Positions 12,998 to 23,507 of a stretch of DNA of 64,000 nucleotides are shown in pieces. The stretch is taken from contig CAWAMW010000015.1 in NCBI GenBank assembly GCA_963783305.1, positions 256,001-320,000 on the forward strand. The letters are read 5' to 3'. This DNA comes from an uncultured Gemmatimonadales bacterium (GTDB lineage: Bacteria > Gemmatimonadota > Gemmatimonadetes > Longimicrobiales > RSA9). The position numbers and the translations under genes were made by a program. Each line of letters starts with the position of its first letter. Position 1 is the first letter of the stretch. Under the pieces are notes generated by a model. It was not told the DNA's origin and made no database searches. It saw only the letters and a list, made by a program, of their open reading frames with translations.

Positions 12998-13113
12998 CGG
13001 TCGCTGCGCTCCCTGTCGAACGGTCGCTGCGCTCCCTGTCGAACGGTCGCTTCGCTCCCTTTGGAACGCGTCGCTTCGCTTGCTATCGAACGCGTCGCTT
13101 CGCTCGCTATCGA
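12998..13113. repeat. Five tandem 23-24 bp REP-like units
   Basis: CGGTCGCTGCGCTCCCTGTCGAA and drifting variants, between convergent genes. Confidence 0.85.
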
Positions 13114-13142
13114 GGGGGCGACCTGGAGGTTCGGCGACGGCG

Positions 13143-14449
13143 CTAGAGGACGCGAGAGAACATGTGCCAGAAGTGCTCTTTCGTCTTCTCGAGGAGGCCC
13201 CGTTCGCGGAACGTCTCCAGCTTCAGCTCCGCGGCGAGCCCGATGTCCTCCTCGAACTGTGACTGGAGCCGACCGGCGATCTCACGCCCGCGCATCATGA
13301 GGAGCACCTCGTCGTTGAGCGACATGGAGCGGTTGTCGAAGTTCGCGGAGCCCACCGCGGACCAGCTGCCGTCCACGGTCAGGGTCTTCGCGTGGACCAT
13401 GGACGGCTCGTACTCGTAGATCCGGACGCCGCCGTCCAGCAGCTCCTCGTAGTGGTTCCGGGCGGCGTACCACGTGGACTTCTTGTCCGTGTTCCCGCCG
13501 GGCGTGAGGACGCGCACGTCCACACCGGCCGCGGCCGCCTGCATCAGGAGCGCGCGGAAATCGTCGTCGGGGACGAAGTAGGCGTTGGTGATCCAGAGCC
13601 GCTCGCGAGCGCCGGCGATGGTGAGGGCGTAGAAGCGCTCGATGTCGGTGCTCCCCACGGAGGGTGAGCCGTAGACGAGGCCGGCGGTGTGGGGTCCGTC
13701 GTTCTCCAGCGGGCCGGGGGGAACAGCTTGTCGCCCACGAGCAGCTCGCCGGTGGCCTCCGCCCAGTCGCTGGCGAAGGCGGCCTGGAGCTGGTGGACCG
13801 CAGGTCCCTGGAGGCGCACACTGGTGTCGCGCCAGTGGTCCGGCGCCTTCCCGTCACCCTGCCAGAAGTCGTGGATCGCGAACCCGCCGGTGTAGCCGAC
13901 CTCGCCGTCGATGACCACAGTCCGCATGTGCGTGCGCATCTGCCACTTGTACATGTCGTACCAGTGATACGGCCGGAACTCGCAGACCTCCGCGCCCGCA
14001 CTCTTCAGCTTCTCCCAGTACTCCGATGGCACGCCGTGGGCGCCGAACGCGTCATGGATCAGCAGCACCTTGACGCCCGCCCGCAGCCGCTCGATCAGGA
14101 TGTCGCTGAGCGTGTCGGCCAGCTCGCTCGGCTTGAACCAGAAGACGTGCCACGTGATCAGGTGCCGGGCCGAGCGCAGATCCTCCCACAGGCGCGGGTA
14201 CACCTCGTCGCCGTTGAAGAGCACCTCCACCGTGTTCCCATCGGTCAGGTCGGTGTTCACGTGACGCTCGATCTGCTCGGCGAAGAGCGGGTCGGAGACG
14301 TTCGGGGCGGTGTCCTCCGTGCCGATCACGCGCACGCCCTCCACCGGGTTCCCGCGGACCAGGTAGAAGAAGCCGGCCAGGACGAAGAAGACCAGGACGG
14401 CCCCCATGAGGAGGACGAGCGCGAGCAGGACAATCGTCGTGATACTCAT
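13143..14449 (-). CDS. cls: Cardiolipin synthase (PLD family), frameshift near 13700
   Basis: HMRTVVIDGEVGYTGG and HAKTLTVDG...GSANFDNRS motifs in two frames. Confidence 0.8.
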
Positions 14450-14558
14450 GACCGCGCCGTGGAGCAAGGAGCGGACCGGCGGGCACACCGGAAGACATGC
14501 CCGCGGGGCATCGGGGGCTCGCGCGCGGCGGCCTGCGACTTGTATGGTGGTGGACACC

Positions 14559-16070
14559 ATGCACTATCATCTGATCGGTATCGCAGGGACCGCCATGGGC
14601 TCGGTCGCGGGACTGCTCCGGCAGGCGGGTCACACCGTCAGCGGGAGCGACCAGGGCGTGTACCCCCCGATGTCCACGCTCCTGGACGAGCTCGGCATCG
14701 ACTACGCCCGCACCTTCGACCCGGCGAACCTCGACCCCACCCCGGACGTGGTGGTGGTGGGGAACGCCATCAGCCGCGGGAACCCGGAGCTGGAGGCGGT
14801 GCTGGAGCGCCGGATCCGGTATACATCGGCGGCCGCGGTGGTCAAGGAGGAGTTCCTCCGGGACCGGCGGGTCGTGGCGGTGGCGGGTACGCACGGAAAG
14901 ACCACCACCACCTCGATCCTGGCGTGGATCCTGGAGGCCGCGGGGCTCAACCCCTCCTTCCTGATCGGCGGCGTGGCGGAGAACTTCGGCAGCTCGTTCC
15001 GGCTGGTGGACGCGGCGGAGTCCGACCTGTTCGTGATCGAGGCGGACGAGTACGACACCGCCTACTTCGACAAGGGCCCGAAGATGTGGCACTACCTGCC
15101 GTACGTGGCGGTGGTGAACAACATCGAGTTCGATCACGCCGACATCTACCGCGACGACGAGGCGTACCGCTTCGCCTTCTCGCGCTTCATCAACCTGCCG
15201 CCGGGGAACGGCACGCTCGTGGCCGGATGGGAGAGCGCGATCGTGCGGGAGCTGGCGCCGCGCTCGTTCGCGGACGTGGAGAGCTTCGGACTCGAGGAGG
15301 CGACGGTCCCGTCGCAGCACGCCCGGCGCTCACCGCAGACTACGGGCGAGGTGCGCGCCAAGGGGGTCGCGGAGCCGGAGGGCTTCGACGCCACCATCGC
15401 GCACCCCCGCTGGCGCGCGGAGGGGATCGAGTACGGCCCGAAAGGGGCCATCTTCAACGTATACCACGACGGCGAGTGCCTGGGCGACGTGGAGACGCCG
15501 CTCACCGGCGCGTTCAACGTCCGCAACTGCCTCGCCGCCATCGCCGCGGCCACGGCGGTGGGCGCGGAGTGGGCCGGGATCCTGGAAGGGCTCCGAACGC
15601 TGAAGACGGTCCGGCGCCGGATGGAGATCAAGGGCGAGGAGCGGGGTGTGACCGTGATCGACGACTTCGCCCACCACCCCACGGCCGTTCGCGAGACCAT
15701 CGCGGCCGTCCGGCAGCGCTTTGGCGCTCGCCGCGTGGTGGCGGTGTTCGAGCCGCGCAGCTACACGGCACAGCGGCGCGAGATGCAGGACCCGTATCGC
15801 CGCGCCCTCACCTCGGCGGACGAGGTCATCCTCGCCGGGCGCAACGATCCCGAGCGCTACGGCGGCGACTCCGGGCTGAACCGCGACGTGCTGGTAAAGG
15901 GGATCCAGGAAGGCGGCACGCCCGCGCGCTACATCCCGGAGCCGGACGAGATCGTGCGCACGCTGGCGCCTGAGCTCCGCGAGGGCGACGTGGTGCTGTT
16001 CATGTCGAATGGCGGGTTCGGCGGGGTGCACGGGAAGATGCTCGCTGCGCTCGCGGAGGGCTCGGCCTAG
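14559..16070 (+). CDS. mpl: Murein peptide ligase (MurC/Mpl family)
   Basis: HLIGIAGTAMG, GTHGKTTT, EADEYDTAYFDKGPK, DDFAHHPTA, MSNGGFGG. Confidence 0.9.
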   Translation: MHYHLIGIAGTAMGSVAGLLRQAGHTVSGSDQGVYPPMSTLLDELGIDYARTFDPANLDPTPDVVVVGNAISRGNPELEAVLERRIRYTSAAAVVKEEFLRDRRVVAVAGTHGKTTTTSILAWILEAAGLNPSFLIGGVAENFGSSFRLVDAAESDLFVIEADEYDTAYFDKGPKMWHYLPYVAVVNNIEFDHADIYRDDEAYRFAFSRFINLPPGNGTLVAGWESAIVRELAPRSFADVESFGLEEATVPSQHARRSPQTTGEVRAKGVAEPEGFDATIAHPRWRAEGIEYGPKGAIFNVYHDGECLGDVETPLTGAFNVRNCLAAIAAATAVGAEWAGILEGLRTLKTVRRRMEIKGEERGVTVIDDFAHHPTAVRETIAAVRQRFGARRVVAVFEPRSYTAQRREMQDPYRRALTSADEVILAGRNDPERYGGDSGLNRDVLVKGIQEGGTPARYIPEPDEIVRTLAPELREGDVVLFMSNGGFGGVHGKMLAALAEGSA

Positions 16071-16210
16071 CGGCCTCGCGGAGGGCTCGGCCTGGCGGCC
16101 TCGCGGAGGGCTCGGCCTGGCGGCCTCGCGGAGGGCTCGGCCTAACGGCCTCGCGGAGGGCTCGGCCTAGCGGCCTCGCGGAGGGCTCGGCCTGGCGGCC
16201 TCGCGGAGGG
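16050..16210. repeat. About 6.5 tandem copies of a 25-bp unit
   Basis: CGGCCTCGCGGAGGGCTCGGCCTRR; first copy is the 3' end of mpl. Confidence 0.9.
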
Positions 16211-16321
16211 CGGCTTCGCCGCGGGCCTCGCGGAGGCTCGATGATTGCGGGCGTGGGAGGCGAGTGCGGCGAAGCCCGCGGGGCCATGCGGCTCCGCTCG
16301 CGCACCCTTGCCGGGACCGGA

Positions 16322-16927
16322 ATGGTCGCATTTTCGAGCCGTCTCGTCATCTCCCTGCTTGGCTTGGGCCTGCTGTCGGCGGGCGCCGGGTGGACACAGG
16401 AGCCATTTCCCCACGACCGCCACGCGCGGCTTTTCCCTCTGTGTGAGGGGTGCCATCGGGTGGAGCCGGGGGAACCGGGAGCGCTGTACCCGGAGCCGAC
16501 GCAGTGCGGCGCCTGTCACGATGGAGAGCAGGTAGCGGAAGTCCAGTGGTCGCCGCCATCGCGGGAGGCGAGCTATCGGCACCCGTCCCACGAGGCGGCC
16601 ACGGGGGTGTCGCTGGATTGCCGGGACTGCCACGGCGGCGGCGGGAGTGTTGCCACGGTGGACGTATCGGCGTCGTGCTCCTCCTGCCACGAGGAGCATC
16701 ATTCGGCGGCGGCCCGCTGCACCATATGTCACACGGGAACGGTGAAGAGCGACCACGGCCTGGACGCCCACCGGGGCTGCGGCGGTGCCGAATGCCATAC
16801 GGCGTCGTGGGCGTCCCAGCTGACGTTCAACCGATCGCTCTGCCTGCTGTGCCACCAGGACATGAAGGACCACAAGGCGGGCCGGGACTGCGGCCGGTGT
16901 CACGCGGTGGGGCAGCCGGCCCGCTGA
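16322..16927 (+). CDS. Multiheme c-type cytochrome
   Basis: Signal peptide, 7 CxxCH plus one CxxxxCH; start uncertain. Confidence 0.85.
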   Translation: MVAFSSRLVISLLGLGLLSAGAGWTQEPFPHDRHARLFPLCEGCHRVEPGEPGALYPEPTQCGACHDGEQVAEVQWSPPSREASYRHPSHEAATGVSLDCRDCHGGGGSVATVDVSASCSSCHEEHHSAAARCTICHTGTVKSDHGLDAHRGCGGAECHTASWASQLTFNRSLCLLCHQDMKDHKAGRDCGRCHAVGQPAR

Positions 16928-16984
16928 GGAGATGACCGCAGCGGCGCCGACCGGCGGGAGGCCGGGCCGGAGCCCCCTCGGCGG

Positions 16985-17923
16985 CTATTCCGCCCGCGCC
17001 GTGCCGACTCCCGGGTCGGTCGTGTATCGGGTGGCCACGGTCATGTGGTAGACGGGCTGGGCTCGCTCGATGAGCGGCTGGACCTTGCCGCCTTCCTGCA
17101 TGTCGGCGAGCACCTCGCCCAGGATGCCCTTGAGCTCCGCGGCGCGCTCCCCCCCCAGCTCTGAGAGGCGCGTGGCGGCGTGCTCCCGGACGCGATGCAT
17201 CAGGCGCTCCCGATCGGCGTCACCGATCGCCAGGGTGTCGGGCGGAGCCACGGTGAACGACCCGAGCCGGGCGGGCGCGGAGAAGTCGTTGTAGGCGATG
17301 TCGATGGTGGTGCCGAACTCGTGCGAGCTGGTGGTGCGGGAAGCGTTCGAATTCCCGCTGCGCAGCCGCGCCTGCATGGCATCGGTGCGGAGCACGGACG
17401 AGATCTCGAACCGGAACGGCGGCAGCCCGAGTGAGTCGAGCCGAGCGTGGAAGGTGCGGCCGAGGTCCACGAGCATACCGCGGGTGTCGGGGGTGACGTA
17501 CGGGAGGGAGTGATCGAGCTCGCGCACGATCCAGTAGTCGGTGCTGTCCTCGAGGGCGACCAGATCCCCCTGCGCCACCAGCACCCTGACCTCCGCGGAG
17601 TCGTCGACGGGAGCGACGCCCAGCTCGCCGGCCGTCGCGACCTGCTCGTCGTTCAGGTGCGTGCGCAGCTCCGAGCGGGTGGATCCGATGAGGCCGGGCT
17701 GCTCGTCCAGGACCTTCGCCACGGCGTCGACTCGCGCGTCCACGACCTCCACCGCGGCCGCTTCAGCGGCGGCCAGGTCGGCCTCGCGCTCCTCGGCGCC
17801 AGGGCCGCACGAGGCCAGGACGGAGAGGATCGCGGCCGCGGCTGCGGCGCGCGATAAGGGTGTAGGGTGGGTTCGGTGAAGCTGCACGACAGGCCCTCGG
17901 ATGGAGTCATTTCCTGCCACCAA
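16985..17923 (-). CDS. DUF5715-like lipoprotein
   Basis: Lipobox LASC, SSVLRT, SSHEFGTTIDI, ERAQPVYHMTV. Confidence 0.7.
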   Translation of the reverse strand: MVAGNDSIRGPVVQLHRTHPTPLSRAAAAAAILSVLASCGPGAEEREADLAAAEAAAVEVVDARVDAVAKVLDEQPGLIGSTRSELRTHLNDEQVATAGELGVAPVDDSAEVRVLVAQGDLVALEDSTDYWIVRELDHSLPYVTPDTRGMLVDLGRTFHARLDSLGLPPFRFEISSVLRTDAMQARLRSGNSNASRTTSSHEFGTTIDIAYNDFSAPARLGSFTVAPPDTLAIGDADRERLMHRVREHAATRLSELGGERAAELKGILGEVLADMQEGGKVQPLIERAQPVYHMTVATRYTTDPGVGTARAE

Positions 17924-17947
17924 TCGTGCAAGAGGGCTGCCAGCGAG

Positions 17948-18001
17948 GAGGCAGGAGGCAGGAGGCAGGAGGCGGGAGGCGGGAGGCGGGAGGCGGGAGG
18001 C
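17948..18001. repeat. (GGAGGCR)n heptamer microsatellite
   Basis: About 8 copies in the divergent intergenic region upstream of ettA. Confidence 0.8.
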
Positions 18002-18097
18002 GCGGGGAGGCTCTCGGGGCTCACTGCTCTACGGGGGCGGGGTGGGTTAGATTGACGGCCGGACACGGGCAGAACGGGCACGGACACGGGAGAAGAG

Positions 18098-19783
18098 ATG
18101 GCGCTGGACACATCGAAGTTCATTTTCGTGATGAAGGACCTGAAGAAGATCGTGCCGCCGAAGCGCGAGATCCTGAAGGGGATCTGGCTCTCGTTCTACC
18201 CGGGCGCCAAGATCGGGGTGGTGGGTCCCAACGGCTCGGGCAAGAGCACGGTGCTGCGGATCATGGCCGGCCTGGACCAGGAGTTCCAGGGCGAGGCGTG
18301 GCCGATGAAGGGGATCAAGATCGGCTACCTGTCGCAGGAGCCGCAGCTGGACGAGAAGCTGAACGTGAAGGAGAACGTGGAGGAGGCGGTGAAGTCGCAG
18401 CGTGACGTGCTGCGTCGCTACGACGAGATCAACGCGAAGTTCGCGGAGCCCATGGACGCGGACGAGATGGAGGCGCTGATCCAGGAGCAGGGGGAGGTCC
18501 AGGAGCAGATCGACCACCTCAACCTCTGGGACCTGGACCGGAAGATCGAGATCGCCATGGACGCGCTCCGGCTCCCGCCCGCGGACGCGGACGTGTCGAA
18601 GCTGAGCGGTGGGGAGCGGCGACGGGTCGCGCTCTGCCGGGTGCTGCTGGAGGAGCCGGACCTGCTGCTGCTGGACGAGCCCACCAACCACCTGGACGCG
18701 GAGAGCGTGGCGTGGCTGGAGCACCACCTGGACCAGTTCGAGGGGACCATCGTGGCGGTGACGCACGACCGGTACTTCCTGGACAACGTGGCCAAGTGGA
18801 TCCTGGAGCTGGACCGCGGCCAGGGGTTCCCGTACGAGGGCAACTACACCAGCTGGCTGGAGCAGAAGAAGGAGCGGCTGCGGCTCGAGGAGAAGCAGGA
18901 GAGCAAGCGGCAGCAGACGCTGGAGCACGAGCTGGACTGGATCCGGATGGCGCCCAAGGCCCGGCACGCCAAGGGGAAGGCCCGCGTGAACGACTACGAG
19001 GCGCTGTTGAGCCAGGACGTCGGCGAGAAGATCCGGACGGCGGAGATCATCATCCCCAAGGGGCCGCGCCTCGGCTCCGATGTCATCACCGCGAACGGGC
19101 TGACCAAGGGGTACGACGATAAGCTCCTCATCGACGGCGCGGACTTCAGCATCCCGCCGGGCGCCATTGTCGGCGTTGTGGGCCCCAACGGCGCGGGCAA
19201 GACCACGCTCTTCCGGATGATCGTGGACCAGGAGGAGCCGGATGGCGGCTCACTGGAGGTGGGGCAGACCGTGGAGCTGGCGTACGTGGACCAGAGCCGC
19301 GACGCGCTGGACGCCGACAAGACGGTGTACGAGGAGATCAGCGACGGCCGGGACGAGGTGGAGCTGGGGAAGGCGGAGGTGAACAGTCGCGCCTACTGCT
19401 CGTGGTTCAACTTCAAGGGCGCCGAACAGCAGAAGAAGGTGGGCGTGCTCTCCGGCGGTGAGCGGAACCGGGTCCACCTGGCCAAGCTGCTGAAGAGCGG
19501 TGGCAACGTCATCCTGCTGGACGAGCCCACCAACGACCTGGACGTGGACACGCTACGGGCACTGGAGGACGCGCTCCTCGACTTCGCCGGGTGCGTGCTG
19601 GTGATCTCCCACGACCGGTGGTTCCTCGACCGCATCTCCACGCACACCCTGGCCTTCGAGGGCGACTCGAAGGTGCGGTTCTACGAGGGACCGTGGAGTG
19701 AGTATGAAGAAGACCGGAAGAAGCGGCTGGGCGGCGAGGCGGAGCAGCCGCACCGGATCAAGTACCGGAAGCTGGTCCGGTAG
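18098..19783 (+). CDS. ettA: Energy-dependent translational throttle protein (ABC-F)
   Basis: [10 protein letters not shown], two ABC domains, [15 protein letters not shown] tail. Confidence 0.95.
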   Translation: MALDTSKFIFVMKDLKKIVPPKREILKGIWLSFYPGAKIGVVGPNGSGKSTVLRIMAGLDQEFQGEAWPMKGIKIGYLSQEPQLDEKLNVKENVEEAVKSQRDVLRRYDEINAKFAEPMDADEMEALIQEQGEVQEQIDHLNLWDLDRKIEIAMDALRLPPADADVSKLSGGERRRVALCRVLLEEPDLLLLDEPTNHLDAESVAWLEHHLDQFEGTIVAVTHDRYFLDNVAKWILELDRGQGFPYEGNYTSWLEQKKERLRLEEKQESKRQQTLEHELDWIRMAPKARHAKGKARVNDYEALLSQDVGEKIRTAEIIIPKGPRLGSDVITANGLTKGYDDKLLIDGADFSIPPGAIVGVVGPNGAGKTTLFRMIVDQEEPDGGSLEVGQTVELAYVDQSRDALDADKTVYEEISDGRDEVELGKAEVNSRAYCSWFNFKGAEQQKKVGVLSGGERNRVHLAKLLKSGGNVILLDEPTNDLDVDTLRALEDALLDFAGCVLVISHDRWFLDRISTHTLAFEGDSKVRFYEGPWSEYEEDRKKRLGGEAEQPHRIKYRKLVR

Positions 19784-19837
19784 GGCCCAGTCAGGACGTG
19801 GTCCTCCTCAACCGGCGTGTCCGGTCGGGAGGGGCCG

Positions 19838-20857
19838 CTACGCCCCGGATGGCAGCTTCAAGGTGAACGCGCTGCCTGATCCGGGCTCGCTTCGGACCTC
19901 GATGTCGCCACCGAGCATTTCCGCGTAGCGCTTGCTGATGGCGAGCCCGAGGCCGCTGCCGCCGGCCTCGCGGGTCAGGGAGCTGTCGGACTGCCAGAAC
20001 GGCTCGAAGATGTGGCCCATCTCCTCATCGGTCATCCCCGGACCGGTGTCGATGACGTGCATCGCCAGGGTGCCGTTCCCGCCATCCTCGATGCGGACTC
20101 GACGCGTCCATCCTCGGTGAACTTGGCGGCGTTGCCCAGGAGGTTGAGCAGGATCTGGCGGAGCTTGCGCGGGTCCGACCGGATCGTCTCCGGCGCTTCG
20201 TCGTCGCGGATCCGGAACTCCAGGCCCTTCCTCTCGGACAGTGGGGTTATGATCGCCTGGACCTCCTCCACGAGGTCCGCCGTCGAGAGGGGCCCGACCT
20301 CGAAGCCCTCCTGCCCCGCGTCCACGCGGGCAAACTGGAGGATCTCCTCGATGAGCTGGAGCAGGTGCCGGGCGCTTACCCTGATGCGCTCGACGTGGCG
20401 CTCCTGGGCGGAGGTCAGATCGTCCGGGACGCCGAGCTCCATGAGGTCGATATAGCCGGTGATGGCGTTCAGCGGTGTGCGGAGCGTATGAGACCAGCTG
20501 GTCGAAGCGGCTCCGCTGAGTGGTCGGCCGCGCACGTCTCGCGCCCCGTGCGGCCGTAGCGCTCCCGCACGGACGCGCGCACGAAGTAGGCGAGGGGGAA
20601 CGCGTCGACCGGGACGGTGAACAGGAAATCGCGTCCCTCGACCTGACCAATGCTCGGAATGACGTCGACCTCGCCGGTCTGAAGGGCGCTCCGGACCCAG
20701 GCGAACGAGGCGTAGACGCGGATGCGGGGCTCGAACCGGGCCCTTCGGGCGACCGACCTGAAGGTCTCGACCGCGAACCCGGCCGGCTCATCCGAGGAAG
20801 TAAGGACGGCCCTGCATGATTCGGGTGCTGGCCCGGTCTGCCTTGAAGGTAACCCAC
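19838..20857 (-). pseudogene. Disrupted sensor histidine kinase (solute-binding fragment + HisKA + HATPase)
   Basis: SHTLRTPLNAI, NLLGNAAKFT, DTGPG and GSGLGLAI split over frames; much of the N-terminus missing. Confidence 0.7.
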
Positions 20858-21039
20858 CGGTCACTGATCTCCTATTCGCCCGCCGTGGGTCCGTGGGGCC
20901 GACGCGCCGGACGACAGGGGCCGGGAACCGGCGATGACGCGGGAGTGTAGCCAACGGACGGCGCGGCATGGGCGGGGGGCGGGCTCCCGCTGGATCCGGG
21001 ACGACCGCCTGCGCCGGCTCTCGAGAGTGGGCATCAGAG

Positions 21040-21768
21040 ATGCGGAACGGGACGGTATGGGCCGCGGCTATCCTCGCCGTGGGGATGGCGGTGGCCGGGT
21101 GGTCGGTGGGCCACGGGTTCACGGAAGCGCGACGGGACCGGTTCGTGACGGTGAAGGGCGTGGCGGAGCGGGACGTGGACGCCGACCTGGCGCTGTGGCC
21201 GTTCCGGGTCGTGGGGGCGGCCGATGAGCTGGGCACGGCGCAGGCGGAGATCCAGCGGAGCATGCGCCTCGTGCTGGACTTCCTGGTCCGCAACGGGATC
21301 GACACCGCGGGGGCGGCTCTCGAGGGCATGGAAGTGAGCGACCGTCTGGCCGAGCAGTACGGAAACGCCAACCGGGCCGGGCCCCGCTACCTGGTGCAGC
21401 AGCTCATGGTGATCCGGTCCGAGGACGTGGCGGCGATCCACGTCGCCAGCCAGCGGGTGGGCGAACTGGTGGACGCCGGTGTCGTGCTCCGATCGGGCAC
21501 CGGCTACGGCCCCGTGAAGCCGAATTACCTCTTCAAGCGATTGAACGAGCTGAAGCCGGCCATGATCGCCGAGGCCACGGCCAGCGCCAGGGAGGCGGCG
21601 CAGCAGTTCGCCGAAGACTCGGGGAGCCGGCTCGAGGGCATCCGCCGGGCCAACCAGGGGGTGTTCCAGATCCTCCCCCGCGACGGCGCCCCCGGCATCA
21701 ACGAGTCCGATCAGGTGGACAAGACGGTTCGGGTCGTCTCCACCATCGAGTACCAGCTCGGGAACTGA
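21040..21768 (+). CDS. SIMPL (DUF541) domain protein
   Basis: FVTVKGVAERDV, LNELKPAMIAEAT, ANQGVFQI, KTVRVVSTIEY. Confidence 0.85.
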   Translation: MRNGTVWAAAILAVGMAVAGWSVGHGFTEARRDRFVTVKGVAERDVDADLALWPFRVVGAADELGTAQAEIQRSMRLVLDFLVRNGIDTAGAALEGMEVSDRLAEQYGNANRAGPRYLVQQLMVIRSEDVAAIHVASQRVGELVDAGVVLRSGTGYGPVKPNYLFKRLNELKPAMIAEATASAREAAQQFAEDSGSRLEGIRRANQGVFQILPRDGAPGINESDQVDKTVRVVSTIEYQLGN

Positions 21769-21854
21769 CCCGCGGGACGTGCGCGTGCTCTGGGCGCCCG
21801 GATCCCCGGTCCGGCGGCGATCAGCCGTCGGCGTCGTCGTGAATGCGGCGGCGA

Positions 21855-23258
21855 TCAGCCGTGGGGGGCGTCCTGCATGCGGCGCCGCTCGTTGGCGCGG
21901 GAGCGGAGCCCGAGGGCGGCGAGGGTGAGGAGTCCGAGCCCGATGGCGACCATGAAGAACGCCACCGAGTAGGCCTCGACGCCGGTGCCGGCGGAGGCGA
22001 TGACGGCGCCGAGGATGGCGCTGCCGACGAGCTGGCCGATGGAGGTGAAGACGGTGAGGATGCCCTGGGCGGCGCCGCGTTCGGAGGCGGGGGCCTCGGC
22101 GAGCATGATGTAGCGGAGCGAGGAGCCGAGGAGCCCGGCCATGCCGAGGCCGATGGTGGTTCCACCGGCGTAGAACATCCAGAGCACGTCGGGGAACGCG
22201 GCGACGGCGGCGGTCCCGAGGGTCATGAGGGCGGTGGCGATGAAGACGATGACGCGGGACCCCAGCCGGTCCAGGAGCCGACCGAAGACCGGTGCGCCGA
22301 AGCCCATGGCGATGACGATGGGCAGGAGCATGAACGAGGCTTTCGACGCGGTCACGCCGTAGGCGGCTACGAGGAGCGCGGGGACGAAGACGACGGCGGC
22401 CTCACTCACGCCGGCGCCGATGGAGAGCCCGCTGGCGATGACCACCTGCCGGGAGCGGAACAGGCCGGGCCGGATGACCGGGTCGGCGGCGCGTCGCTCG
22501 ATGAAGGGGAACGCGAGGCCGAGGAGCGCGGCGCCGGCCAGGGGGAGGGCCACCTGCGGCGACGCCACGCTGGCCACGAGGTCGCCGGCGTGGATCCGGT
22601 TCAGCGCCCAGGCGAAGGAGCCGAGCATAACGGCCAGGACGCTGACCCCGAGGTAGTCGAACGGACGAGGCTCCACCGCCCCGCCCGCCGGCAGCACCCG
22701 CCACGCGGCCACCACCACGATCACGGCGATGGGCAGGTTCACCAGGAAGAGCCAGTGCCAACTCAGGAGGAGCAGCAGGCCGCCCAGGATCGGACCCACC
22801 AGGAACGCCAACCCGAAGACCGCGCCGATCAGGCCCAGCGCCGCGCCGCGCCGCTCCGGCGGGAACACGTCCCCGATCACCGCGCTGGCCACGGGGAAGA
22901 TCCCGCCCGCGCCGAGCCCCTGCACCGCCCGCCCCGCCAGCACCACCCCGAACGTCGGCGCCAGCGCCACCATCAGCGAGCCCGCGCCGAAGATCGCCAC
23001 GTCCACCGCGTACACGCCGCGCCGGCCGTACCGGTCGCTCAGCTTCGCCATGATGGGCGTGCCGATCAGGTTGAACAGCACGTAGATCGTCAGCATCCAC
23101 GCCGCCGCACGCTCGTCGATCCCGAACGCCTCCCGCATGGCCGGAAGCGCCGGGCCGATGATGGCGATGTCGAGCGCGCCCATGAGCACGCCCGTGAACA
23201 GGACCGCCATCACCCTGTTGCGCTGCGATCTGCTTACTTCCACACCGCTCCCCGACAC
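21855..23258 (-). CDS. MFS transporter (DHA2-like)
   Basis: LDIAII, KLSDRYGRR, GRAVQGLGAG, GPILGG, WLFLVNLP. Confidence 0.92.
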   Translation of the reverse strand: MSGSGVEVSRSQRNRVMAVLFTGVLMGALDIAIIGPALPAMREAFGIDERAAAWMLTIYVLFNLIGTPIMAKLSDRYGRRGVYAVDVAIFGAGSLMVALAPTFGVVLAGRAVQGLGAGGIFPVASAVIGDVFPPERRGAALGLIGAVFGLAFLVGPILGGLLLLLSWHWLFLVNLPIAVIVVVAAWRVLPAGGAVEPRPFDYLGVSVLAVMLGSFAWALNRIHAGDLVASVASPQVALPLAGAALLGLAFPFIERRAADPVIRPGLFRSRQVVIASGLSIGAGVSEAAVVFVPALLVAAYGVTASKASFMLLPIVIAMGFGAPVFGRLLDRLGSRVIVFIATALMTLGTAAVAAFPDVLWMFYAGGTTIGLGMAGLLGSSLRYIMLAEAPASERGAAQGILTVFTSIGQLVGSAILGAVIASAGTGVEAYSVAFFMVAIGLGLLTLAALGLRSRANERRRMQDAPHG

Positions 23259-23507
23259 GTACGGGTCTCCACCGCCCAGGAGCGCGAAAGGTCACGGAGA
23301 TGCGGCCCGTGAGCAAGGGCACGACCCCACCGGCGGTGCACGACACCGACCCGGGGAGAGCAGCCGGTGAAACTTCTTTGCTATTGCATAAGGGGTGTTT
23401 ATTATTTCCGCACGGTCACGACCCTGGGAAAGCCCGGGCAGAGACGCGACCGGAGGGACGCTGCAGACCGTGGTGTCCCGGTACCTTCCCGGGCGAGGAG
23501 GGCTGCC

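Noticed and set aside
12998..16240. 23-bp and 25-bp tandem repeats as mini-CRISPRs
   Set aside because: Units are contiguous with no unique spacers.
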